In this document: positions 27,833 to 38,149 of the stretch, in pieces
How positions within the stretch are numbered: position 1 is the stretch's first letter
Layout: the number at the start of each line of letters is the position of its first letter
Notes under the pieces: model-generated
Told to the model about the DNA's origin: nothing
The model's database searches: none
Seen by the model: the letters and a program-made list of their open reading frames with translations, nothing else
IMG/VR virus record: IMGVR_UViG_3300047160_036266
Span: 224,001 to 288,000 of that record
Reading direction: 5' to 3' (one strand)
From: a virus
Taxonomy: Duplodnaviria > Caudoviricetes
DNA: 64,000 nt
Made by a program: the position numbers and the translations under genes

Positions 27833-29770
27833 TTAGCTTTCCTGGTCTGCCTGGCTGCCCAAGTCCTTTCTAGTGGGCTTGATATAACCCTTATCAACCA
27901 CGAGGTTGTCGTTCTTCATCTTGAAGCCCGTGCCGCCGGTCTTCACGAGTTCTTGCGGCACATACGGGTTCTCAAGATTCGGCCAGGTGTCCTTAGACTG
28001 CCACCGGCTGAAGTCGTCCTGCCCGTCATCGACAGCGGACTTCTCCTTCATCTTGTACTCACCGAATGGCTTTGGCACATATGGGTTACGCAACTCTGGG
28101 TAGGTGTCTGAACCGCCATAATTCATCCACGAATTACGCATTTCGTCGTCCAGACGGTTCTTATACGATTTGCCGTCGCTTACCGGCAGTTCGCTGCCCC
28201 AATCACCTGTATACTTGCTTGGGATAGCGCCCACCTGGGCGATCTTGGCCATGTCGGGGTGGTCGCCGCTAACGGTGCGGTAAGCACTGTTCGATACGTC
28301 CCAGGTTTCACTGGAGCGCTCGACGTTCGCTTCGACAATATTCCGTAGCCATTCGGCAATCGTTTCGGCCAGCTTCAAGTCGGGTTCTTCCTGCTTATTG
28401 AGGACCGCTTCGCAATCCATCAAATAGCTGGAGACTTCTGCCCTAGCGGCCTCGTCCCCCTCCTTTTCCACGATGCGATAAACCTCGTGTAAGGCACGGT
28501 ACAGGTCGCTAAATACCCGATACTTGATCTGCTCGGATTCATCCAAACTCGGATAGAATTGATCTGTCACTTCCTTGAATGCTTCGTAGCAGTTATCACA
28601 CTCCACCGTGGGAGTGATCTGCGAGTGGTTGATAATCTTCTTGGCGCGATCAGCGTAGGCGTGGTGCGCCATGCGGAGGATGCCCTCTGCCATGAACTCG
28701 CACTGCTGGTCGTCATAGTTGCGAACGCCCACCGTCTCCAAAGCCTGGGCGATGGTGTTGGCCAACTCTTCTTGGGTTAAGAACAACACGGTCGGCCAGC
28801 GGCCCACAATGTTTTCCAGGGTTTCCTCCAGGGCGCTATTATCTGACACGGCGTTGAAACGCTTGAGTTCCGCCACGGCGCGACAGAATTGAGCGTCTTC
28901 CTTGAGGTTCTTGGCACCCTTGCGCGAGAACTTGAGGTCCGTATTTAGCACGTCCCAATTGAAATTCAGGATTTTTCCTTCGTTCCGCTTGTGCGCCCGT
29001 GGCATACTCACGTCGGTGACGTTACCCTTGTCGTCGCTCTTGACAAAGGAATCCTTCAGGGCCGGGCCAAGGGCCTGATAATCCAGGTAGTCCATGACGT
29101 TTTCCGTCAGGACCGCCCACTCGTTAATCTTGTGCTTCTGGACCTTGCGGGCGTAGACACGCCAGCGCTTGTTGGTACTGCCGCCCAGCTTCTTTTCGGC
29201 TCGGTCCTTTTTGGCTTTCAACTGACCTGCCAGGCCGGCGGACGCCCCCAGACGGCGCTTGGTCTTTCGCATACTGCGGATTCGCTTGGCTACATCCGAA
29301 CGGCTCTGCTTGCGTCCGAACAGGGGGCCGTGTCCGCTGGGCTTGGAAACACTTACGTCAAAGGCTTCGGTAAGAGCAGCGTCCTTCAAAGTACGGCGAG
29401 TTGCCGGCAGACTCATAAACTGACTGAACAGGGCACTGGCCTTGCCGTCGTTATTATCCAGTAGGCTCTCCACGAAGTCGCTGAGAACTTGCTTGGACGA
29501 TTTCTTCTCCGTATCCTCGTCAATTACTAACTCTTCGATCCCCTCGAAAATAATGTGCGACTCGTTCATCCGATAATTGGCGTGAACGAAGCTGCCGCCC
29601 AGGGTTTCGTAGGTCACGTCTGACTCACCAAAGCAGTGGAGCTTCAAGTCGCCAGAACCCAAGGCCCTGGCCAATACGTCTTCGGCCTCGACTAACTCCC
29701 GCTCCGACGCCGAAAGCGAGTCCTTTTCAAACCTCTGAAAGTCCTCGAACTTCATGAGTTTTCTTTTCAT
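27833..29770 (-). CDS. prohead core/head-associated protein
   Basis: position in the head operon; many LxE sites; MKFEDFQRFE near the N-terminus. Confidence 0.6.
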   Translation of the reverse strand: MKRKLMKFEDFQRFEKDSLSASERELVEAEDVLARALGSGDLKLHCFGESDVTYETLGGSFVHANYRMNESHIIFEGIEELVIDEDTEKKSSKQVLSDFVESLLDNNDGKASALFSQFMSLPATRRTLKDAALTEAFDVSVSKPSGHGPLFGRKQSRSDVAKRIRSMRKTKRRLGASAGLAGQLKAKKDRAEKKLGGSTNKRWRVYARKVQKHKINEWAVLTENVMDYLDYQALGPALKDSFVKSDDKGNVTDVSMPRAHKRNEGKILNFNWDVLNTDLKFSRKGAKNLKEDAQFCRAVAELKRFNAVSDNSALEETLENIVGRWPTVLFLTQEELANTIAQALETVGVRNYDDQQCEFMAEGILRMAHHAYADRAKKIINHSQITPTVECDNCYEAFKEVTDQFYPSLDESEQIKYRVFSDLYRALHEVYRIVEKEGDEAARAEVSSYLMDCEAVLNKQEEPDLKLAETIAEWLRNIVEANVERSSETWDVSNSAYRTVSGDHPDMAKIAQVGAIPSKYTGDWGSELPVSDGKSYKNRLDDEMRNSWMNYGGSDTYPELRNPYVPKPFGEYKMKEKSAVDDGQDDFSRWQSKDTWPNLENPYVPQELVKTGGTGFKMKNDNLVVDKGYIKPTRKDLGSQADQES

Positions 29771-29928
29771 ATATTCAACTCCCTAATTAGGTAACGGGCC
29801 TATGTCTGCCTCGCCTTGAACCACTTATATATTAAGTCGGGTCCGATTTTATTCTGGCCATACCTGCGTAAATAACGTGTCACGCTACTACCTATCTATG
29901 CACAAGGTCGTTTTTCTGAGGGGATTAA

Positions 29929-30333
29929 ATGAAAACATTTGGCCAGTACGTTCGGCAGCGCTTGCGGGAGGATGGAAGCCCTCCGCTTGGGCTGGCACCG
30001 ACCGACGTGGGTATTAAAGCCAAGGATGACGGCCCCCTCGACCGGGACCAGGAAGTGCAGATGGGCAAGCTAATGCAACTGGTCAAGACCGCCACGCAAA
30101 AGCACCCCGAACAGGCTTTGGGCCTGCTGGAAAAGCTGGCGGACCATGACGGGGAAATCCGCAGTGGCCTCGAATCCCTCAAGGGGGAAATGCACCGCTC
30201 CGGCAACCATAAGTTCAAGGACAAGGGCCTGGGCCACCTGGGCAGCGTCGGAGACTACGACCACAAGGATCAAGTCATGCCACCCTATGCCGATCAGACC
30301 TCAGCCGGGGAGACGGACGGCGGTGGTGGTTAA
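29929..30333 (+). CDS. putative internal head protein
   Basis: MKTFGQYVRQRLRE start. Confidence 0.65.
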   Translation: MKTFGQYVRQRLREDGSPPLGLAPTDVGIKAKDDGPLDRDQEVQMGKLMQLVKTATQKHPEQALGLLEKLADHDGEIRSGLESLKGEMHRSGNHKFKDKGLGHLGSVGDYDHKDQVMPPYADQTSAGETDGGGG

Positions 30334-31583
30334 AGCAGATTATATAGCTTCAGATAGCGGTCGGCGGTGACAGGCCAGGTGTTCTGCTCGATATAATTGT
30401 TGATCCGGCCTAGTAACGATTCCTTGTGGACGTGGCTGCTGAATATCCTGTCAATTTCTTTTGCCAGTTCAATGTAGTTGGTCGGCCTGGGAATGACCCC
30501 CTCCATGTCATCAAAGAGATGGCTGTTACTGGCGATTACCGGGATGCCGTTGGCCATTGCCACGCGCAGGGCACCGCTCGCCCCATACACCGTGTTGTGC
30601 GGGTTGATGACGTAGGGGAACAAGGCGATCTTGGCGGTGCGCAGGTAGCTGTTGAGGGCCTGGTCGCTTTGGAATTTGCGGATAATGGCCGTGTTATCCT
30701 CTATCCCCAAATCCTCCACCTTCTTCAGTAGGAAGTTATAGTATTGCGCGTGAATATGGTTGGCGTGGCTATTGTCGCTGCACAGATACAGGTAGAAGAT
30801 GTCCTTGTATTTGTCCGGCTGGCTGGTCTTCAGGTGGGCCACAGCATCCAGCACCACATCAACCCCCTTGTAAAAGAAACCAAAGCCGAACTGGACTAGC
30901 GCGTAAGGGGTGTGGAATATGTTCCACAACTCCGTTCGGTCCTTTTCCTCATAACGCACACACCCGTGTGGGATCACGAACACCCTGGAGTTGTTCCCCA
31001 GCTTGCGGAGAACCTGCTCTCCCTGGTGGCTATGAACGACGATGTTCTTGATGGCAGAAGTGCATACGCTCTTGTCCAAATGTTCGTAGACGGAGTGGAC
31101 GGTCACGATGTAGGGCGTCTTCTCCAGCATTTGGAGCATTTGCAGGAAGAAGGTGGCCTTGGGGAATATGCCGAATTCGTGCTGGACAATCACGAAGTCC
31201 GGCTTCCAGGCCAGGACTTGGTTGATCGCCTGTTTCATGCTCTCGCCCCGCTTCCAGCAGCGGACAACGAACTCCTCGTCCTCGCTGGTTGGTTCCGTGA
31301 CGATTTCGGAGAATACTGCTATTTCCTTGACCTTGGGCCGAATGGCTTCGAGGAGGTATTTGGAGTAAGTAGAAATACCGCAGGGGTCGTTCCAGTTGCA
31401 GATGAAGGCAATGCGAAGACTGTCCGCTTCTTTCTTTCTTTTTTCAACGAGACTCTTGCCGATCCATTTGGACCATTCTTTCTTTGGTATTTCTTTGAAT
31501 TTATGGGTCGTGAGTCCCGTTATGGTGATCGGGGTATCTGCGACCGCCATGATGACGTTATTTTCGTCACATGCAACGTACAT
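30330..31583 (-). CDS. GT4-family glycosyltransferase
   Basis: CGISTYSKYL, QHEFGIF, FGFGFFYKGVD, GASGALRVAMANGIPVIAS. Confidence 0.85.
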   Translation of the reverse strand: MYVACDENNVIMAVADTPITITGLTTHKFKEIPKKEWSKWIGKSLVEKRKKEADSLRIAFICNWNDPCGISTYSKYLLEAIRPKVKEIAVFSEIVTEPTSEDEEFVVRCWKRGESMKQAINQVLAWKPDFVIVQHEFGIFPKATFFLQMLQMLEKTPYIVTVHSVYEHLDKSVCTSAIKNIVVHSHQGEQVLRKLGNNSRVFVIPHGCVRYEEKDRTELWNIFHTPYALVQFGFGFFYKGVDVVLDAVAHLKTSQPDKYKDIFYLYLCSDNSHANHIHAQYYNFLLKKVEDLGIEDNTAIIRKFQSDQALNSYLRTAKIALFPYVINPHNTVYGASGALRVAMANGIPVIASNSHLFDDMEGVIPRPTNYIELAKEIDRIFSSHVHKESLLGRINNYIEQNTWPVTADRYLKLYNLL

Positions 31584-31604
31584 AGCCCACCCTTGCCCTT
31601 TTCG

Positions 31605-31931
31605 TTAGGGGAATATAGGTGGTGGTGTGGGGCAAACATCCTCATCGTACTGAATGATCCATTCAATCTCGCACGAATCAGTTCTCACGTCTGCATACAG
31701 AATGAATCCATCGGGCAGGAGACAGGTTGCGTAAAGGCAGATTGTCCCACCGCAGCAGGGGGTGTCGTAATCCGTGGAAGTAAGCATGACACTCGCCGGT
31801 TTACAAGAGGTCGGCACAAAGATTTCGTGCCAACCGGATGATAATGCCATCCCTCCTCTGGTGAAATCCTTTAGACCGAATAGCTTCTTGAAGTAATTCC
31901 ACCACCACTGAGGGCCTAAGATAATAGGCAT
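31605..31931 (-). CDS. small Cys-rich virion protein (paralogue A)
   Basis: shares LLPDGFxLYAD(V/I) and G(W/H)HEI with 31963-32295. Confidence 0.6.
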   Translation of the reverse strand: MPIILGPQWWWNYFKKLFGLKDFTRGGMALSSGWHEIFVPTSCKPASVMLTSTDYDTPCCGGTICLYATCLLPDGFILYADVRTDSCEIEWIIQYDEDVCPTPPPIFP

Positions 31932-31962
31932 AGTTCCTCACTAACAAATGAAGTAATATAAA

Positions 31963-32295
31963 TCAGAATTTTGCTATCCAGTTCACCTGGCATTCTGCCG
32001 ATTTTATGTCGGCGTACAGTACAAAACCGTCCGGTAGTAATCTCGTGCCAGCCTCGTCCACATCGCCCAGGCATACCTGGGAGTCCAGCGAGTCCAGACT
32101 GATAAATACCTGCGACGGCGTATAGTTCGTTGCAATTTTAATCTCGTGATGCCCGTTGCCCAGGATCAATTCCCCTTGTTCGCTCGTATGTGCAGCACAG
32201 CAGGTTTCAAGGAGCATCTTCAAGGCATCCAACGAGGCGGCTACTGATAATGCAGCAGCCTGACAGTCACAGCCCACGGGTGGCTTGTTGCTCAT
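31963..32295 (-). CDS. small Cys-rich virion protein (paralogue B)
   Basis: tandem paralogue; GGAGG SD with TACATA upstream. Confidence 0.6.
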   Translation of the reverse strand: MSNKPPVGCDCQAAALSVAASLDALKMLLETCCAAHTSEQGELILGNGHHEIKIATNYTPSQVFISLDSLDSQVCLGDVDEAGTRLLPDGFVLYADIKSAECQVNWIAKF

Positions 32296-32362
32296 AGAGC
32301 CTCCTTGTATCGAAAGACCTGGAGTATGTAGGCGGATGGAACGGTTTTTTATCTAAATTCGT

Positions 32363-34945
32363 TCAATCTTCACCTATGCTGTAGTCGATGTCCTCTTCGT
32401 CCTGCTCAGCCTCATAATCTTGAATCTCCAGATCAAATTTCCTAATGTCTTCGTCGTCCGGTTCCGCCAGCGGTGCCCCTTCGGCGGGATTCGGCCCTGG
32501 TGCGCCACTCGGACCCGTTTCAGGCGGCGATTCCATCGCCACCCCACCGCCAGGCGGTGGAGCGCCGCCTCCTGGCGGCGGTGTAAGACCCATCGTGCCG
32601 GGTCCACCCGGCCCAGGTGACGGTCCCAGCATCGGACTTGGGCCTCCCGGTTCCGTGCCCATTTCCTGGCCGGGCTGGGGAGTCTGCCCCGGTACGCCCA
32701 CACCCAGCAGTTGTGGGTTCTGAGCCAAGACCTGCAACTTCAGGTCTTCGAGTTTCTGTATCTTCAGCCGGGCAAGCATTTCTTCGGCCTCTTCCGTGCT
32801 ATATTTCATCCACTTCGTCTGGATGTCCCAATCCGCCATTAGCTGAGAGGATTTCAGGCTGCTCGCGTTGTTTATACGGTTCGTCGTGACTTCCGCCCGG
32901 CTGAGTTCCCGCCAATCGCTCGGCGGGGTCATCTTTATGCGTAGGTCGTCGTATGACTCTTCGGGGAACCCCCGTAGTTGCAGGTGACGGTCGGCCATCT
33001 CCCACAAACCATCTTCCATGTGCGACTGCAACCGCTCGATCATGCGGGCGAACTTGATGTCCTGCGCACTGAGCGTGATGCGAGTTGCGTTGGGGTCTTC
33101 GTTATTGAAGTAATTCTTGGGAAAATTCAGGGCGGCGAACAACTTATTTCTGAAATAAACGGCGTCATCAATCTCACCAAGGTTCTGCGCCCCCGGCAAC
33201 GTGTCGATCTTGGTGTTAGAGTTGGGCCTGATCGGCAACCAATAGTCCTCATCCGCCGCCGGCGCGTGCCAGCGTTCTTCGACTATGGAGGAGGCACCGA
33301 ACTGGCTGCCCCGGCTGCTGGCTATCTTCTTCTTGCGGAACTGGTCCTTCATCCGCTCGATAAATGCCTCTGCCTTGAAGGGCGGCAACTGGCCGACATC
33401 AATATAGAACACCCGACGCTCCGGCGCACGGGTCAACCGATACACCACCATCGCGTCTTCCATCAACCGCAACTGGTGAGCCGGTCCACGGGCCGCTTCA
33501 ACCAGAGACACCCCGTAGGGGTAGAAGGTCTTGCGATCATCCCCGATGCGGATGTGGACAATCTGCTCTGGGGCAAACCGTATGGCGGTTGCCTGCATGA
33601 TTTCGGAGTCGGTCGCCTGGACCACCGGGGCGCGAATGAGGCTTTGGTAGTCGGGGCCTTCCTTGCTTTGCTGGAACTCCACCACCTTGCCCTTGGTCGT
33701 CTCGATGCGGTATATTGACTCTGGCGGCAGGCGGACTATTTTCATCACACCGTCCTTGGGCTGGTCCGGGTTGATGACTATTTCGTAGAACAAGTCGCCA
33801 AAGATGCACAGGTTCTTGAAGTCGCTCCAGGTACGGCGGTCCATGTTCAGCATCAGGCGGTGGAAAAATAGGAACTCAAGCTCCTCCTTGACATCCCGGT
33901 TCTTGCATTCGATTTTGAAGACGTGGTTATTCTCGTCCTTCTGGCAGTTGTGGAATATCACGGATTTTGAGCAAAAGTTCTGGTGGCCCTCTACGGACAA
34001 GTCGTATACGTCCATTGTCTGGTATTCTTGAATACCAATGACCCGGCGGCGGTCCTCCTTCTTCGCCAAATGCCGTATTTCTTTAAGGGAGAAACCTTCC
34101 TTTTGCAGACATAACTTGATGGTATTCCAGTCGTGGGGGACCGTCCGCTTGATGTCATTCATCGCCATGCCGGCGCTGGCAGCCCGGATGATCTTGTTCA
34201 ACCTTTCGTATCGTGCCTCCGGGTGGCCGCACCGCCATTGCTCCACGAACTGCCGCTCGTGCATCCAGCCCTGTGTGTGCGTGAAGATGCGTGGGAACTG
34301 GCTGGTCTTGAGCTTCGTGAAGTTTTGGTTGGCCTTGACCCGGTAGAAGGGCATCAACTCGTCACCAAACTTGAGGCCCCCGGCCATCGTCCATTCGCCC
34401 GAACGCAACAATACTCGATGGTCCGGGGTGGCGATGAAATGATCGCCATTATCCAGCACCACCTTCACAGTTGGGGCGGTTTTGGTCTTGCGAGGAGCGA
34501 AACCCCAGCCCAGGGTGTAGTCGCCCTTGGCAAAGTCCCAGCAATACAGTAGAAACTTCTCGTCGGGCTTGTTCTTGGCCAGCCACTCGATGGTCGGGAA
34601 TCCGAAGGGGGTAGCGATCTCTGTGTCGCCCGCCACGCACGCCTCGTCGGCAAAGACCGTCATCGCCATCTCAATCTCGGCCACGTTGCGGAGACGTTCG
34701 TACTCCTTGTACCGGGACATGCGGTTGCTGACGGTAGAAAGGTCGATGAAGTCCTGTGTCTCCCGGTAACGCACGAGCCGCTGCTCATTGCCGCCCCAGA
34801 AGGAACCGTCCGGCCCCATGCTGGGAATGGCGTCGGGCTGCGAGATGCCAGCGCCGGTCAAGTCCCTTACGTCGATCTTCCTCGCCAGAGGGTCTTTCGC
34901 AAAGGCGTAGGTGAATAGCTTGAAATAGTCAGCCCATATAGGCAT
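32363..34945 (-). CDS. portal protein (gp20-like) interrupted by an intein
   Basis: RYKEYERL, QLRLMEDAMVVYRLTRAPERRVFYIDVG.LP..KAE, EDYWLP, LPGAQNLGEIDD. Confidence 0.95.
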   Translation of the reverse strand: MPIWADYFKLFTYAFAKDPLARKIDVRDLTGAGISQPDAIPSMGPDGSFWGGNEQRLVRYRETQDFIDLSTVSNRMSRYKEYERLRNVAEIEMAMTVFADEACVAGDTEIATPFGFPTIEWLAKNKPDEKFLLYCWDFAKGDYTLGWGFAPRKTKTAPTVKVVLDNGDHFIATPDHRVLLRSGEWTMAGGLKFGDELMPFYRVKANQNFTKLKTSQFPRIFTHTQGWMHERQFVEQWRCGHPEARYERLNKIIRAASAGMAMNDIKRTVPHDWNTIKLCLQKEGFSLKEIRHLAKKEDRRRVIGIQEYQTMDVYDLSVEGHQNFCSKSVIFHNCQKDENNHVFKIECKNRDVKEELEFLFFHRLMLNMDRRTWSDFKNLCIFGDLFYEIVINPDQPKDGVMKIVRLPPESIYRIETTKGKVVEFQQSKEGPDYQSLIRAPVVQATDSEIMQATAIRFAPEQIVHIRIGDDRKTFYPYGVSLVEAARGPAHQLRLMEDAMVVYRLTRAPERRVFYIDVGQLPPFKAEAFIERMKDQFRKKKIASSRGSQFGASSIVEERWHAPAADEDYWLPIRPNSNTKIDTLPGAQNLGEIDDAVYFRNKLFAALNFPKNYFNNEDPNATRITLSAQDIKFARMIERLQSHMEDGLWEMADRHLQLRGFPEESYDDLRIKMTPPSDWRELSRAEVTTNRINNASSLKSSQLMADWDIQTKWMKYSTEEAEEMLARLKIQKLEDLKLQVLAQNPQLLGVGVPGQTPQPGQEMGTEPGGPSPMLGPSPGPGGPGTMGLTPPPGGGAPPPGGGVAMESPPETGPSGAPGPNPAEGAPLAEPDDEDIRKFDLEIQDYEAEQDEEDIDYSIGED
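33947..34639 (-). mobile_element. 231-aa mini-intein (Hint) in the portal
   Basis: C1-VAGDT, block B ATPDHRV, block F DVYDLSVEGHQNF, terminal HN followed by a +1 Cys; no LAGLIDADG or HNH motif seen. Confidence 0.92.
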
Positions 34946-35021
34946 AAAACCTCCCCTTCTAATTAAGTACAGCTAGTTATTAAGCTTGCTGTTGTTTTTT
35001 GCGGGAGGAATATATAAAGCC

Positions 35022-36368
35022 ATGCACGGATTCAGGAATTGGATGGAAGCAGAGACGAGCGCCCTCGAAGACGAGATCATGTCCGCCGTCAATGATGAGG
35101 ATGTATCCCAGCCCTACTTCAACGCCCTGCTCCACCAGTGGGTGAAGCAAAGCAACCCCACACTGTCCGGGGTCAAGCTTCAGCGGGGCTACGCGCCGCC
35201 CTATAACACCACCTTCCTGAGCGGTCAGTACAGCCCCTCGCTGGCCGATATTTCCGGGCACCGCATCGAGGAATATGGATTCTCCGGCGTCGGCCTGATC
35301 GTCCAGCCTTTTACCGCCGATTATTTGCGCAGTGACACCCTCCAGAACTTCGACGGTATCGCCATTGACAATGGCATGTTCACCGAAGCAGGCCAGCGGA
35401 ATTTCACCTGGGATAAGTACGAGAAGATGGTGAAGGTCGCTCTGGCGCAAGAGAAGAGGGAGATACTACGCAAGTTCCATTTCTTCACCGTCCCGGACCA
35501 GCCGTTTGATTGGGCCAGGACTATGCAGAAGTTCCAGGCCAGTCGGCCTTATGTGGAACGCCTACGCAAGTACGGCGCACCCGTCGCCATCTGCATACAG
35601 AACGGAGCAACGGAGAAGACCGTGCCGTGGGACGACGTGGATGTAATCTTTATTGGCGGCGATGATAAGTGGAAGGTAGGGTCAGAGGCTCAGGCAATCG
35701 TGCAGGAGGCGCAAAAGAGAAAGAAGACCGTTCACATGGGCCGGGTCAATAACCTTAAACGTATGAACGTCGCCTCCGGTTGGGGTGTGGAGACAGCGGA
35801 CGGTACTTATATCATGCACGAGTTGGCCAAGTCCCTCCATGACATTGAAAGGAAGAACCCCATGAGGCCAGGCGAGTCGCCGCAGGATTATGCCAAGCGT
35901 CTCAAACGTATTCTTCATGGAGAGCATCAGCCCACCGACATGGACTCCAAGGAACGTCACCAGACGGAACCGGAGATCGTCGGCAACTTCGTGAACTATG
36001 TGCTGGACAACCAACAACGCAGTCATCTGGAACGCCGCTATGCCGAGATTGCCTCTCTGGTCAAGCAGATGGGCAAACGGCCTCTGAACAAGCGGACGTT
36101 GTGGGAATACGACCGCTTTATGCCCCAGGTGCCGGGGATGGAACATGATGAAGACGTGGTGGAGTTCGACCCGGAGGGGAACGTGCGCGTGGACGCCGCA
36201 GGTCGTCCGATAAGGAATGCCGAACTGTTCAGTGGACTAATGCTGCGCGTACCCTATCGGGAGATGCCGGAAGGTATCCCTTCCGACCCGAAGAACTACA
36301 AAGTCTACACCAATTACATCAATCGTTATATTGCGCGAATGCGCGACCTGGGCGTGATGCCTAAGTAA
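35022..36368 (+). CDS. TGT/DpdA-like TIM-barrel protein with capsid-targeting-like N-terminus
   Basis: GIAIDNGMF, VPDQPFD, VAICIQNG, VPWDDVDVIFIGG..WK, HMGRVN, TADGT; begins MHGFRNWMEAE. Confidence 0.5.
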   Translation: MHGFRNWMEAETSALEDEIMSAVNDEDVSQPYFNALLHQWVKQSNPTLSGVKLQRGYAPPYNTTFLSGQYSPSLADISGHRIEEYGFSGVGLIVQPFTADYLRSDTLQNFDGIAIDNGMFTEAGQRNFTWDKYEKMVKVALAQEKREILRKFHFFTVPDQPFDWARTMQKFQASRPYVERLRKYGAPVAICIQNGATEKTVPWDDVDVIFIGGDDKWKVGSEAQAIVQEAQKRKKTVHMGRVNNLKRMNVASGWGVETADGTYIMHELAKSLHDIERKNPMRPGESPQDYAKRLKRILHGEHQPTDMDSKERHQTEPEIVGNFVNYVLDNQQRSHLERRYAEIASLVKQMGKRPLNKRTLWEYDRFMPQVPGMEHDEDVVEFDPEGNVRVDAAGRPIRNAELFSGLMLRVPYREMPEGIPSDPKNYKVYTNYINRYIARMRDLGVMPK

Positions 36369-37551
36369 CGTCTTGCAATCCCAAGAGCTTGAGATATTTT
36401 CGGTACTTATTCAGGGCCTTGCCTCGTAGACCCCGGTAAAGACCCTGCTGCTGGTAGTGCCTGAAGGTGTCAATCCAGCGTTGGCGATATGCCTGGGCCT
36501 CCGGCGTGTCCTGGCCCCGGAACTGCTGGTCGAAGGGTAAGTCTCGGTAGCGATAAGTACCGCCCCGTTTCACCAGCGGATCGCCCTCTGGGGCGTAAGG
36601 CGCACTCACATTCAGATCGGAGGGCGTGAATAGCTCCCGGCGTTGCCCGGTGTAGGGATTGATATTGCCGTGAGGATCGAGGCTCATAAACACATCCTTC
36701 TTGACGGCGGGCCGTTTCTCCGATGCCTTGCGGTCGATGCTTAGGTTTATGATGTCACGGCCCTCTGGATCGGTATAGACAGGCATCTTGAGTTTTCCCC
36801 GCTCCAAGGGCTTGTATCGCCACATGGGATCGACACCTACCATAGCCTGGTGTCTCCAAACGTCTAGGTCTTTGAGCTTGCGTTTCTTCATGATTGCTTG
36901 CCACAATTCGGCCCAGAAGTCATAGTCCTTACGGCTGGGAGTCTCATTAGGCACCACCCGCTGAAGCTCCGCTAACGACAGGCCCTTGGTGAACCGGGCG
37001 GGCAATGTCTCGCCCTTCATGTCCATGTCTTGGAGGATTCGCTTCATGGCCCGGAGGATGTGACGGTCAAGAACCGCAGGCTGTCCTTTGTCCTGGTTCA
37101 AGTATATTTTGATGAAGTTGACGATTTTGCTGCTGACGTTAGGAATGCTATGCAGGTATTCTTCGATCTTATCCGGGGGCCAGGATTTCATGTCATCCAG
37201 ATCGACCTTGGAAACGTCAACGAAACTGCGGGCCAAACGATTGAACGTACCCAGGCCGGCACGGGCTATATTCCTGACGAGGGTGCCTTTGTCAATCATG
37301 GTCCGAATGCGATGGAATGGGGTGCCGCCTGCACCACCCATGCTCGGCTCCTCAAAGGAAAGAAAGTGCATGAGGCCACGAGCCTGTTGGTGGGAGGGCT
37401 TACCGGCGGACAGAATGGTGAAGAGGATGTAGAACTCGCCTTTGGCCTGGTCTTTGTAGTCGAGGCCAATCTGTGGGTCGTCCAGGTAATACGGATCGAC
37501 TACCTCCGGCCCAATGATTTCGTCCAGGCGCAGCCACTCTTTGAAGTTCAC
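36361..37551 (-). CDS. HhH-GPD DNA glycosylase-like protein with capsid-targeting-like N-terminus
   Basis: FTILSAGK, LHSIPNVSSKIVNF, AVLDRHILR; begins MNFKEWLRLDE. Confidence 0.55.
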   Translation of the reverse strand: MNFKEWLRLDEIIGPEVVDPYYLDDPQIGLDYKDQAKGEFYILFTILSAGKPSHQQARGLMHFLSFEEPSMGGAGGTPFHRIRTMIDKGTLVRNIARAGLGTFNRLARSFVDVSKVDLDDMKSWPPDKIEEYLHSIPNVSSKIVNFIKIYLNQDKGQPAVLDRHILRAMKRILQDMDMKGETLPARFTKGLSLAELQRVVPNETPSRKDYDFWAELWQAIMKKRKLKDLDVWRHQAMVGVDPMWRYKPLERGKLKMPVYTDPEGRDIINLSIDRKASEKRPAVKKDVFMSLDPHGNINPYTGQRRELFTPSDLNVSAPYAPEGDPLVKRGGTYRYRDLPFDQQFRGQDTPEAQAYRQRWIDTFRHYQQQGLYRGLRGKALNKYRKYLKLLGLQDVT

Positions 37552-37579
37552 GACCTATTTAGGGTTACTCTGATATATT

Positions 37580-38149
37580 GTGAAGAAAGTTTGCTTCCTG
37601 CTCACCCACCAATGCTCCGGTTCTGAGCCGCTGCTGGAAACCCTTGGGGCGAACCCACGCATCCAGGTTTACCGCACGGGCCGGACCTACCTTCATCCCT
37701 TGTCTCTCGAAGACCTGACGGGGATGCCCCACAAAACCCGCAACGCCGCCGCCGTCTGGTTGGACGAGATTCGCTACAACTATCAGTTCGGGAACAAATC
37801 GCTGTACCCTCTCGCCAGGTTCCTTTATATGGTTCGCCCGGCGGCACCCACGCTGACTTGTCTCGTGACGGGCGGCTACGAGCCTGACTTTGCAGCCCGC
37901 TATTATTGTTATCGGCTCAGGCGGCTGGCGGAAATGGCGAAACGTACCCCCGGCGCAATCCTTATCACGCCCGATAAGCCTGCCCTAGACTTGGTTGCAG
38001 AGTACCTGTCCTTGAAGCAACCCTTGCTATCGTTCCAGGCCCAGCCGGCGGTCGTGGCGTCCCTCGATTGGGAGTTGGTCCGGCACTGCGAGGAGCGTTA
38101 CGAATGGCATTTGTTTTTCATGAAGCAGTTCCTACGCTTCGAGAGGTAG
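37580..38149 (+). CDS. sulfotransferase-fold protein (tentative)
   Basis: FLLTHQCSGSEPL..L..NPRI resembles a PAPS-binding loop; FLYMVRP. Confidence 0.4.
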   Translation: MKKVCFLLTHQCSGSEPLLETLGANPRIQVYRTGRTYLHPLSLEDLTGMPHKTRNAAAVWLDEIRYNYQFGNKSLYPLARFLYMVRPAAPTLTCLVTGGYEPDFAARYYCYRLRRLAEMAKRTPGAILITPDKPALDLVAEYLSLKQPLLSFQAQPAVVASLDWELVRHCEERYEWHLFFMKQFLRFER

